Source: Escherichia phage MIZ4. From it: a DNA stretch of 64,000 nucleotides. The DNA is taken from sequence record OR167180. One strand, 5' to 3'. The position numbers and the translations under genes are program-made. Numbering within the stretch: position 1 is the first letter of the stretch; each line of letters starts with the position of its first letter. A model generated the notes under the pieces. The model was not told the DNA's origin and made no database searches. It saw nothing but the letters and a program-made list of their open reading frames with translations. Positions 49,257-57,441 of this stretch are shown one piece after another.

Positions 49257-49324
49257 ATTACCTCACTTCATATTTTAGCAGGAACAAGTTTATCCTCCAT
49301 ATTGGGGGCTTTCGCCCCCTTTGT

Positions 49325-50557
49325 TTATACTGCCATTTGAGCTGTGATTGCTGGATGGCTTTGATAGTTGTGAATTTTAAAGTCTTTCGGAGTCTTTGTC
49401 AATACCTCATCTAAAGATTTAAATTCCGGCAACTCAATTGTTGGTTTATCAAACGGAACACGGCTTAACTGTTCCATAACTTGATCAAAATGGTTTTTGT
49501 AAATGTGAGTATCTCCACCAGAGAAAATCAGTTCTCCTACCTCAAGATCACACATTTTCGCTATGATGTGAGTTAACAGCGCATAGCTGGCAACATTAAA
49601 GGGCAAGCCCAAAAAGCTGTCTACGCTTCGCTGAAACCACATACAAGACAATTTACCTTCATTGACATAGAATTGCACGAAAGGATGACATACACCTAAT
49701 ACAGCATTATGTGTTCCTTGTACGTTCCATGAGTCAATAATGATCCGGCGATCCGTTGGATTGTTTTTAATTTGTTCAATCACGTTTTGTAACTGGTCTT
49801 CCCAAATCTTCGGGCGATAGACATATTCTTCATCGTCTTTAGTGCTCGATGTGTCTACGTCCATACTAGCAAAGATCGTGGTATCTGGTGCTAAAATATC
49901 CCCACCCAGATAATCACTATCAAGTAGATAACCGAAATAACCATCATCTACCCATTCCTGGAATCCCCACAAGCAATATGCATCATTAACAAAATTAGAT
50001 TGAGTCTTCCAGTGATCTGCTACTAAGAATTGATTATATTCAGAATCAAACTCTTCATAACGCATACCACGCCAGATAGCACATAAACGGTCTTCTGTTT
50101 CATTGGTTGGAGTAAAGTCTTCTACCCACGGGTGCTTAAATGTATGTGTATATTTGCTCTTAACGCGCTTAATTTTGATTTCACCGTGTGGATGAATCGG
50201 TTTGCGTCGCCACGCCATACCATACATATTGCCGACATTATAACCATTGAATCGCAAAGGATTCTTTTCTTTCATATCAAGACAGTTACCGCGCCAAATG
50301 TCGAAGGCTTCTTCGTCAAACTGTCCGCGTGTAATTTCCTGTAAGCGACGGCGGTCAAGTGATCCCTCCATAAACCATAGCAATTCGCCAATTACAGAGG
50401 CTGTAGCCATCTTTTTAGTTGTCAGTAATGGAAAACCCTTGCTTAAGTCAATTCGCATCTCTGCGCCGAATTTAGAGAGCGTACCTACCCCCGTGCGGTC
50501 TTCACGAGGCCAGCCATTATCAAGAACATCACGCAATAGTTTCAAATATTCTTTCAT
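49325..50557 (-). CDS. td: Thymidylate synthase with an in-frame insertion of about 130 aa
   Basis: Conserved TS blocks (DRTGVGT, RRIIIDSWN, FLGLPFNVASYALLTH, C-terminal HPAITAQMAV); 410 aa against 286 aa recalled for T4 Td. Confidence 0.85.
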   Translation of the reverse strand: MKEYLKLLRDVLDNGWPREDRTGVGTLSKFGAEMRIDLSKGFPLLTTKKMATASVIGELLWFMEGSLDRRRLQEITRGQFDEEAFDIWRGNCLDMKEKNPLRFNGYNVGNMYGMAWRRKPIHPHGEIKIKRVKSKYTHTFKHPWVEDFTPTNETEDRLCAIWRGMRYEEFDSEYNQFLVADHWKTQSNFVNDAYCLWGFQEWVDDGYFGYLLDSDYLGGDILAPDTTIFASMDVDTSSTKDDEEYVYRPKIWEDQLQNVIEQIKNNPTDRRIIIDSWNVQGTHNAVLGVCHPFVQFYVNEGKLSCMWFQRSVDSFLGLPFNVASYALLTHIIAKMCDLEVGELIFSGGDTHIYKNHFDQVMEQLSRVPFDKPTIELPEFKSLDEVLTKTPKDFKIHNYQSHPAITAQMAV

Positions 50558-50798
50558 CCCACATCACCTTTTTCTTATTGATTGCTTTCTTACGCAGTTT
50601 TGCTACTGTCTCGTCAATATCGATAAAGACAACGCCACGGTCGAATATAGTAGCAGGTCTTGAGATATCGCTATTTTCTTGCACAGGAAGCCATGATGCG
50701 CTCGCTTCATCATAGAGATATTGTAAACCGTAATAATCTACGGCTACTGCGTAGTTTTCACTGGTAGCCGTCCATAATTGAATAATACCGACTTTCAT
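50529..50798 (-). CDS. Hypothetical protein (89 aa)
   Basis: Start at MKVGIIQ (ATG); overlaps the td start region. Confidence 0.5.
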   Translation of the reverse strand: MKVGIIQLWTATSENYAVAVDYYGLQYLYDEASASWLPVQENSDISRPATIFDRGVVFIDIDETVAKLRKKAINKKKVMWDERIFETIA

Positions 50799-50890
50799 TA
50801 TTGTTCCCGTCCGCAATGTAAGCACCGACTACCAGCAAACATCAAAGATTCACCACAATGTTTGCACTCATAATCTGTAAGAATTTTCAT
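50798..50890 (-). CDS. Possible zinc-ribbon mini-protein (30 aa)
   Basis: Translated by eye: MKILTDYECKHCGESLMFAGSRCLHCGREQ, two CxxC pairs; stop overlaps the next ATG. Confidence 0.3.
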   Translation of the reverse strand: MKILTDYECKHCGESLMFAGSRCLHCGREQ

Positions 50891-50891
50891 G

Positions 50892-51473
50892 TTACGCCTT
50901 CTTACGTTCTAAAATTTGTTCGCTGATCAGGTAATTATCAAGGAAGTAATTATGTTCTTCTTTGGTTACAAAGTCAAAATACAATTCCTGAATCATTTCC
51001 TTAGAGATACCAACATCATATTCAAATGGATCGTTGATCCCTGAACGTTGAACATACGTTAACACAATACGGTCCGCAAAGTCAACCGCTTTTTCAATCA
51101 GGGAAGGTCCGCCAATAACGCTTACCAAACCTTGCAATTTCTCTATGACTTCTAATAATTCCTTCAATCCACCATCATTAGTAATCGCGGTATACACATC
51201 TGGTTGGTCGCCGTTTTTTGCTTTCGGTGCTGGCTTACTGGTATCGGTGCTAACAACCACATTCACACGACCTTCCAGTGCTTTAGGGAGACTTTCAAAG
51301 GTATTACGTCCCATTACAACCGCCGCAAGTTCAACATCTCCCATAGTGCGCATTTTAAAGTTTTCCATGTCCTTTTTAATTGGACGCCCCCAGGGTAAAC
51401 CGCCTTTAAAACCAAAAGCCCAATTTTCATCTGACATTTTAGTGTCACCAATAGCAAATACACATTGAATCAT
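50892..51473 (-). CDS. frd: Dihydrofolate reductase
   Basis: 193 aa as T4 Frd; GLPWG and VIGG motifs. Confidence 0.88.
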   Translation of the reverse strand: MIQCVFAIGDTKMSDENWAFGFKGGLPWGRPIKKDMENFKMRTMGDVELAAVVMGRNTFESLPKALEGRVNVVVSTDTSKPAPKAKNGDQPDVYTAITNDGGLKELLEVIEKLQGLVSVIGGPSLIEKAVDFADRIVLTYVQRSGINDPFEYDVGISKEMIQELYFDFVTKEEHNYFLDNYLISEQILERKKA

Positions 51474-51488
51474 AATATAAATCTCCCA

Positions 51489-51818
51489 TCAAATCAGTTT
51501 GAAATAGTTTTCGTTTACATTTTCTTCTGTGATTGCTGTCTTAAATTCTTGACCGTTATCCGGTGTGATGAAATAACGGTCAGAATAATCACGAAAACGT
51601 TTTAAGTGAGATACCCCAACATTAACACCATTTTCCCAAAAACGAAAGGTAATCATTTTTGGTTCATATCGATAGTCGCTGGTTAACACAGTACCATCCC
51701 CGCGACGGGCTTCATAAACCGTAATACATTCACGGTTAGCGGCTTTAAGGCATTCTTCAATAGTTCCGCACGAGATAATACTTACTTTTTCATCTACGAT
51801 TTGTTCTACAGTCCACAT
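51489..51818 (-). CDS. Hypothetical protein (109 aa)
   Basis: Start at MWTVEQ with GAGAGGA RBS; the track extension is translated promoter and leader. Confidence 0.55.
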   Translation of the reverse strand: MWTVEQIVDEKVSIISCGTIEECLKAANRECITVYEARRGDGTVLTSDYRYEPKMITFRFWENGVNVGVSHLKRFRDYSDRYFITPDNGQEFKTAITEENVNENYFKLI

Positions 51819-51849
51819 AATATAATCCTCTCTTTGTTTCGATATGTGC

Positions 51850-51877
51850 ATTATACACTATTGCGTTACGCTGTCAA
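51850..51877 (-). promoter_or_regulatory. Sigma70-type early promoter cassette
   Basis: TTGACA-16-TATAAT followed by the CACATATCGAAACAAAGAGAGGA leader. Confidence 0.6.
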
Positions 51878-52423
51878 CTCTTTTTCAAAAGATTTTACGA
51901 TATACATTAAATTTCTAATTTCGGACGGTGGGATTGTCTCTGTCCACCCGTCCGGCATAACTTTTTGCGATACGTGGTGTGTTTTATTACTAAGTTTTTG
52001 TCGAACAATACCCTCTAATTTTAGGGGTATGTTTCCATCTTTAGTTGTTAGCGTATGGAATATAAAGTGACGAACGGAAGACACGCTGGATTGCTGTTTC
52101 ATCCTTTCCTCGGCTTTTTTGTTGGTGATTCCGAACTTATACCCGACAATACAGCCCCAATTATCAACCAGTTTTTGTATATAAAAGGTTCCTGGTTTTC
52201 TTTTATCATAACCTCCTTTTTGAGTGGGACATTTCGGACACTGCATATCATCTAAAGATGCGACATATTTGCCATGAACGCAGCAATCCATACTTAGATT
52301 CTTTTCTCTTGCATTAATATACCCATTAATAAATCCATTGGATTTTACTTTTTCATTATGAGAACAAAATTCATCAATTCGTATATTTGCTGATATAACA
52401 TTTTTTCTTCTCATTCGTTCCAT
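51866..52423 (-). CDS. T5orf172-like (GIY-YIG-related) domain protein with N-terminal Cys cluster
   Basis: 185 aa; CCVHG...CPKCP; GTFYIQKLVDNWGCIVGYKFGITNK resembles the T5orf172 core; domain call tentative. Confidence 0.45.
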   Translation of the reverse strand: MERMRRKNVISANIRIDEFCSHNEKVKSNGFINGYINAREKNLSMDCCVHGKYVASLDDMQCPKCPTQKGGYDKRKPGTFYIQKLVDNWGCIVGYKFGITNKKAEERMKQQSSVSSVRHFIFHTLTTKDGNIPLKLEGIVRQKLSNKTHHVSQKVMPDGWTETIPPSEIRNLMYIVKSFEKELTA

Positions 52424-52702
52424 CCAACATTCTTGGCAACCACCTCCCCCATTTTTAAGTATATCGATCGTGGTTAATTTTTTGCTTGTGATTTGGATTT
52501 AATCCACAAGCAATTTTAATTTTAGATCGTACACCGGACCACTCATAGAATCCCAAATATATCATATCTCCGCTTTTTATTTTTGGTGAATTTAATGCTT
52601 CATTTCAATCTCAATTGGAGATTTTGAATTATAGTAATGGATATATTCTATATCTTTAGCAAATCTGGTGTTCATTTTGTCCTCCGTTGTTTCGATGTGT
52701 GT

Positions 52703-52730
52703 ATTATACATTACCACATCAGCACGTCAA
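52703..52730 (-). promoter_or_regulatory. Sigma70-type early promoter cassette
   Basis: TTGACG-16-TATAAT and conserved leader; the downstream ATG opens only a 27-codon ORF. Confidence 0.5.
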
Positions 52731-52792
52731 CACCTTTTTCATAAAATTTTAGGCAATAAAAAAGCCTCCCCGAAGGGAGGCTATAAAATTCA

Positions 52793-53767
52793 TTACATCG
52801 CTAACAGAGAGTCCAGGTCATCCAGATCAGAAGCGGAGGAAGTACCGCCACCCAGGTCCAGAGATGCCATCAGGTCATCAGCGGAAGAATCTAACGCAGT
52901 GCTAGCTGCGTTAATACCAACTACAGTGCTAGCTGCGGTAGTACCAGCGTCGAATGCATTCATCTGTGCGTCAAAATCATCAAGCTGGCTGTTAATCGCT
53001 GCCGCAGCACTGGAAGCCGCAGCACCAGCTACCATAGAAACGCCCATAGTTTTCTTAAATTTGGTTTCCAGTTCATCGAACGGTTTAAACTGGCTAGGCG
53101 CTACAATCTCACTCAGATCAACCATGTTTTCCATCAGATATTTCTGATATGCTTCGTCTTCAATCTTCGGAAGCTGTGATTGCTGCATGAAACGAGAATC
53201 ATCATAGTTCTGGTGTTTATCAACCTTCTTAGCTTTCAGGAGGAAGTTAGCACCGGAGAACACACAAGTTACATCTACCGGAACTTCGCCCATGTCGGTA
53301 TTCACGTTCACCATTGCAACGATCTTATCATAAATTTTCTGACCGAAGCGGAATTTGAATACTTTACCTTCATTTTCTGGTGCTTGAGGATCTTTCAGTA
53401 CCAGAATGTTTGCGTAGTAAGACGCTTTACGCTTAATCAGTTGCCATTCGGTTTTATCGGTATTGTATAGGTCTTTTTCGTTAATATATTTGCACACAGG
53501 GCAAGAATCAAAATCACCGTGGGTGCTTGAGCAGTTTTCCCAATACCATTTGCCATTAACTTTGAAGGAATGGTTTACCAGTTTCACAATCGGCAGACCG
53601 TCTTCTGTCTTAGACGGCAGGAAGCGAATCAGGGCTTCACCGTTACCTGCTGCATCAGTCTTAATCTTCCACTCTTTCGGATCTTCTTTGGAGAAACCGT
53701 TGCCACCTTTCAGTGCGGCCAGTTGAGCTTGCAGTTTGGAGCTATCTTGACGACGAAACATGTTCAT
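52793..53767 (-). CDS. 32: Single-stranded DNA-binding protein gp32
   Basis: Matches T4 gp32 (IRFLPSK, CSSTHGD, DSCPVC, NEGKVFK, acidic C-terminal tail). Confidence 0.93.
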   Translation of the reverse strand: MNMFRRQDSSKLQAQLAALKGGNGFSKEDPKEWKIKTDAAGNGEALIRFLPSKTEDGLPIVKLVNHSFKVNGKWYWENCSSTHGDFDSCPVCKYINEKDLYNTDKTEWQLIKRKASYYANILVLKDPQAPENEGKVFKFRFGQKIYDKIVAMVNVNTDMGEVPVDVTCVFSGANFLLKAKKVDKHQNYDDSRFMQQSQLPKIEDEAYQKYLMENMVDLSEIVAPSQFKPFDELETKFKKTMGVSMVAGAAASSAAAAINSQLDDFDAQMNAFDAGTTAASTVVGINAASTALDSSADDLMASLDLGGGTSSASDLDDLDSLLAM

Positions 53768-53827
53768 AATTATACCTCTTTATACATTAACTATTGATTA
53801 ATTTACGTTTTATACTATATCAGATAC

Positions 53828-54424
53828 TTAATTGCTTGTCAATACTTTATCAATTATATCTAACAGTTTTGGCTTTCTATTTTCAAATTCTAACATCTCT
53901 TCGGGAGAAATGTCAACTACTTCTGTTTTGTTGAAAAAGTTTGGGTCTATAGCATCAGCAACAAAGTTTCTCGCAAGTGCTGCCGCTTTCTCATGAACAT
54001 ATATTCCCAAATATATCAACTTCTTTCTTTCGACCTGAATATTGGCAACATATTTACCATCTCGTTTATAAAGACTAACACCGATATATTCAGACGATCG
54101 ACCTTTCTGTTTACCCATATTTCTTGAGTTTTGTTGCTCGTTCGCATCTCTCAAGTTTTCAATCCGATTATCTGTTATAATTCGGTTAACATGGTCAACG
54201 TATTTTGGCATGTATCCATGATGCATAAAGAAAATTATTCTATGCTCTTTATGATGTTTACCATCGATACACACCAATCTGTATCCATGACTAGGATTAA
54301 CTCCACCCGCTCTAGATCCGACTTTATGCTTTCTGTTTGTCGATATCTTGCGAATCAGCTTACCGTTATCATATTTAAAGAGTTCATGACAACGAGCATA
54401 CAATTCAGGATCATATGTTTTCAC
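53828..54424 (-). CDS. HNH homing endonuclease with AP2-like DNA-binding domain
   Basis: HGYRLVCIDGKHHKEHRIIF...VDHVNRIITDNRIENLR (HNH) plus YIGVSLYKRDGKYVANI (AP2-like); GTG start inferred; T4 has segG at this locus. Confidence 0.65.
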   Translation of the reverse strand: MKTYDPELYARCHELFKYDNGKLIRKISTNRKHKVGSRAGGVNPSHGYRLVCIDGKHHKEHRIIFFMHHGYMPKYVDHVNRIITDNRIENLRDANEQQNSRNMGKQKGRSSEYIGVSLYKRDGKYVANIQVERKKLIYLGIYVHEKAAALARNFVADAIDPNFFNKTEVVDISPEEMLEFENRKPKLLDIIDKVLTSN

Positions 54425-55088
54425 CTTTTAACCTCGATATTTCTTTACACTCTTTAACTACTTTAACAAATAATGCTCTTGCTTTTGCGGCGTCAATAAC
54501 AAGTAGTTTCTTGTACGCCTTCATTTTAACACTATAAGTTTGCCAAATCAAGTCTTTGGCTACCTTGTCGTGTTCGTCGATTATATTTAGAAAGCTATCT
54601 AACAACATAAACGACTCAAACGATATAATCCGATTTTGCAGTAGTTTAAAGATACCGCTAGTTTCGGTTGCAGGATTATATGTAATTAGCTCTTTAAGAG
54701 TAACCCCGCGTTTCTCGGAGAAGTATACCAGACTTTTAATGTCATCGTCAAATCTTGTTGCTGCATCGGTTATCTTTCCTATGTATTCCATATAAAAGCC
54801 GTATGCGTCAACATCAGTGATTTCCCCTACCCATGCATCGGTATTAGCTGCCAGATTGCTTAGGAATAGGAAGTATAGTTCTCTTAGATTGTACTTTTCC
54901 GCTAATTTTGCGAAATAATACTTATCTCTGCGTTTATTGAATGCGGCATCAGACAACCGCATCCTCCAATTGTATTTTACGCAATCATAACGCCCGTTCA
55001 TATGAGCTTTCATCATGCAATATAACATATACACAGATTTAGCATTAATTCGCATATCTGGATCTGGAGGAAGACGGTTTCTGATCAT
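54411..55088 (-). CDS. 59: Helicase loader gp59
   Basis: Matches T4 gp59 (KSVYMLYCMMKAHMNGRYD, KYNW, SDAAF, RRDKY, FESFMLLDSFLNIID). Confidence 0.92.
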   Translation of the reverse strand: MIRNRLPPDPDMRINAKSVYMLYCMMKAHMNGRYDCVKYNWRMRLSDAAFNKRRDKYYFAKLAEKYNLRELYFLFLSNLAANTDAWVGEITDVDAYGFYMEYIGKITDAATRFDDDIKSLVYFSEKRGVTLKELITYNPATETSGIFKLLQNRIISFESFMLLDSFLNIIDEHDKVAKDLIWQTYSVKMKAYKKLLVIDAAKARALFVKVVKECKEISRLKGENI

Positions 55089-55097
55089 ACATACCCC

Positions 55098-55367
55098 TTA
55101 AATATCGAGAGTGTTGGTCGGTTCGTCGATCACTCCCTTCCTGAGCGTTCTATTTACTATACATTCTTGTGTGATCTTGTCAATAATGGACACCGGAATA
55201 TACTTCTGATAGTGACCATATTCTATAGAGTTTTCCTCTACAAACTGAGTTGTCGCTTCAAGATAAGTCAATCCCTCTTCAACAACCAGTTTTTCGATTG
55301 CAAGACCGTTTGCTGTTTTGTTCGCGGCTTTTACCGCATGTTCATTAAGCATTGAACACCCGATCAT
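55098..55367 (-). CDS. 33: Late transcription accessory protein gp33
   Basis: Matches T4 gp33 core (EKLVVEEGLTYLEATTQFVEENSI); 89 aa. Confidence 0.8.
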   Translation of the reverse strand: MIGCSMLNEHAVKAANKTANGLAIEKLVVEEGLTYLEATTQFVEENSIEYGHYQKYIPVSIIDKITQECIVNRTLRKGVIDEPTNTLDI

Positions 55368-55620
55368 AGAGTTCTACCGCTTCATCGCGTTCTGCTTCGA
55401 AGGTTTCGCGCTGTTGCTGGTGATACAGTTTAAACAGAATGCCCCACATTTTACCATCTACGCCTAATTCTTCTTTAGCACGCTGCTTGATCTCTTTGAT
55501 CTTATCGCCATATGCTTCTTGAATGGTTTTCTGATCGCTGGCTTCTTTAATCAGTTGTGCCAGGGTATTTCCGTGCACTGCTTCGTCAAATACTACTTTT
55601 TCTTTTTTCTGTTCAGTCAT
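55345..55620 (-). CDS. dsbA: DsbA-like dsDNA-binding protein
   Basis: 91 aa, position between 33 and rnh as T4 dsbA. Confidence 0.7.
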   Translation of the reverse strand: MTEQKKEKVVFDEAVHGNTLAQLIKEASDQKTIQEAYGDKIKEIKQRAKEELGVDGKMWGILFKLYHQQQRETFEAERDEAVELYDRVFNA

Positions 55621-55624
55621 AATA

Positions 55625-56221
55625 TTAACCCTCTTTCGTCATTAATTGAAAACCACGTTCAGCTTTTGAGATTTCGCTAGGACGTAAATCGTCACCCACA
55701 TATTCTAGCATCATTTCTCGTATAATGTCAAGTGCTTTTTCATCACCTGATTTTAACTCGAACTCAAGTTCATAGTGAGCATCTCCCATGACTTCGCCGA
55801 CTTTGCAATAATAGAAAGTGTCTTTGCACATTTCCACTATAGCACCCTCAAGGTCAAGTGTCAATGACTTGCGGTATGTCATTACTTGCAATAAAGGAAC
55901 GATAAGGTCGGAGTTTACGCCTAGACTATCAACATAGTGATAGAAATCATCCATTGTTGAAAAGGTAATTTCTTCTCGGTTGAATAGTCCAGATTCACTA
56001 TCACCTATTTTGACCATGATCAATGATCTATTAACGTCAAGTCGAGCATAAATTCCTTTTCGACGCAGTGCATGATCTTCGGTATCATAATAAAATTCGT
56101 GTTTTATAATGTTATCACGGTCTACGATATTATAACCGTCATACATTGCCACCCACAAATCACAGATGGTTTCGACGCCAATTTGTGAGTGTGCATAGTA
56201 TTTTAATTCAAGTTCTTTCAT
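55625..56221 (-). CDS. CYTH-like (triphosphate tunnel metalloenzyme) domain protein
   Basis: 198 aa; N-terminal ELELKY (ExExK), YYDTEDHALRRKGIYARLD, C-terminal ELEFELK; T4 has no gene here as far as I recall. Confidence 0.5.
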   Translation of the reverse strand: MKELELKYYAHSQIGVETICDLWVAMYDGYNIVDRDNIIKHEFYYDTEDHALRRKGIYARLDVNRSLIMVKIGDSESGLFNREEITFSTMDDFYHYVDSLGVNSDLIVPLLQVMTYRKSLTLDLEGAIVEMCKDTFYYCKVGEVMGDAHYELEFELKSGDEKALDIIREMMLEYVGDDLRPSEISKAERGFQLMTKEG

Positions 56222-56231
56222 GTGTCAACCC

Positions 56232-57179
56232 TTAGAACTCACCAATTTTCTGCAACATTTTAACTAACGCATTTGTTACAAAATAGTTATAAATTTTACC
56301 GCGTGGTGCTGGTTTAGATTTTTCCCATGACTCCAGAATCTGATTCTGAATATCATCTGGGATGTAATCGAAATCAATAAGTTCGCGGTTTTCGTCAAAT
56401 CGTCGTGCTTCTTCCTCTGTCATCAAAGACTTTGGGTCTTCGGCATCGAAAATTTGCTCTAACCATTTGGTTGCAACTGGTTTAGCTCGTTCCCCTTCCA
56501 GTCGAGAGATAATGAAATCACTACGACACTTGACAGAAGCCACACCGTCTTTTGCGTCACCCTTAACACATTTTACCATAAGGTCTTTGTAAGGGCTACC
56601 ATATTTGCATTTCTTCCATGCTTTCTGTACTGGCGCCCACTGTTTCACGTTTTTGTATTTGTGCAACTGTGTGTAGTCACCATCACCTGAGTTGATCAGC
56701 ACCTGGCGACCTTCGACAGAAAACTTTTTAGTTAATACAGCGATTATATCATCTGCTTCAACTTTGTCAACCTTAATAACGTGATAAGGCATGTTCTCTT
56801 TAAACTCTTCGGTGATCTTATTGATCGCAGCAAAGATCATCTCCCAATCACGAGGATCTGCGTCTCGCTTTTCCTTACGGTTGCGTTTATAGTAAGGGGC
56901 GATATCACGTCGCCAGTAACCTTTGCTTGAATCAAAAGCAAGTACCGTAATAGGGTATTGCTCTTTGAATTTTGTCATATTATAACGCATGGTGTCAAGG
57001 ATAAGATGACGGATCATGCCTTCATTAATAGGATCTTCCGGTTTAAAGGTATGCGAGATAGTAGCAATCATAAGCTGCGACATATCAATCAAATGCACAC
57101 CTTCCGGCAGTTTATCTTCTGGATCATCGAAGAAATCATTAAGTGTAGCGGTAGTTTTTGTAAACGGGTTATACGTCAT
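56232..57179 (-). CDS. rnh: RNase H / 5'-3' flap exonuclease
   Basis: 315 aa as T4 Rnh (305 aa); acidic active-site clusters, position before gene 34. Confidence 0.88.
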   Translation of the reverse strand: MTYNPFTKTTATLNDFFDDPEDKLPEGVHLIDMSQLMIATISHTFKPEDPINEGMIRHLILDTMRYNMTKFKEQYPITVLAFDSSKGYWRRDIAPYYKRNRKEKRDADPRDWEMIFAAINKITEEFKENMPYHVIKVDKVEADDIIAVLTKKFSVEGRQVLINSGDGDYTQLHKYKNVKQWAPVQKAWKKCKYGSPYKDLMVKCVKGDAKDGVASVKCRSDFIISRLEGERAKPVATKWLEQIFDAEDPKSLMTEEEARRFDENRELIDFDYIPDDIQNQILESWEKSKPAPRGKIYNYFVTNALVKMLQKIGEF

Positions 57180-57181
57180 AA

Positions 57182-57367
57182 TTAAGTTCTCTCCACTCTC
57201 ACAACAACATATTCGCCAAACGAGTTAGATACTTCACGATCATACCCGTATTTCTCCATAACTCGCAGAATTGCATTGTTTAATTCGGCGCGGAAATAAT
57301 TGTAATCCTTATCAGGGATTCTGTCAACTACCCATTTTGCACCGTCTGACAAATCAACTTTAACCAT
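57182..57367 (-). CDS. Hypothetical small protein (61 aa)
   Basis: ORF immediately upstream of rnh. Confidence 0.5.
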   Translation of the reverse strand: MVKVDLSDGAKWVVDRIPDKDYNYFRAELNNAILRVMEKYGYDREVSNSFGEYVVVRVERT

Positions 57368-57405
57368 AATATATCATCCTCTTTTGTTTCTATCAAGCCT
57401 TATTT

Positions 57406-57413
57406 TATAAATA
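57406..57413 (+). promoter_or_regulatory. Late promoter motif TATAAATA upstream of gene 34
   Basis: Exact TATAAATA about 29 nt upstream of the ATG; AAGGAG RBS. Confidence 0.55.
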
Positions 57414-57441
57414 TGAACATACTATAAAAGGAGACCCAATA

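Noticed and set aside
45261-50557. Group I introns in nrdB, nrdA or td, as known in T4
   Set aside because: All three reading frames are continuous with conserved N- and C-terminal blocks and no internal stops. The extra length in td is in-frame coding sequence, not an intron.
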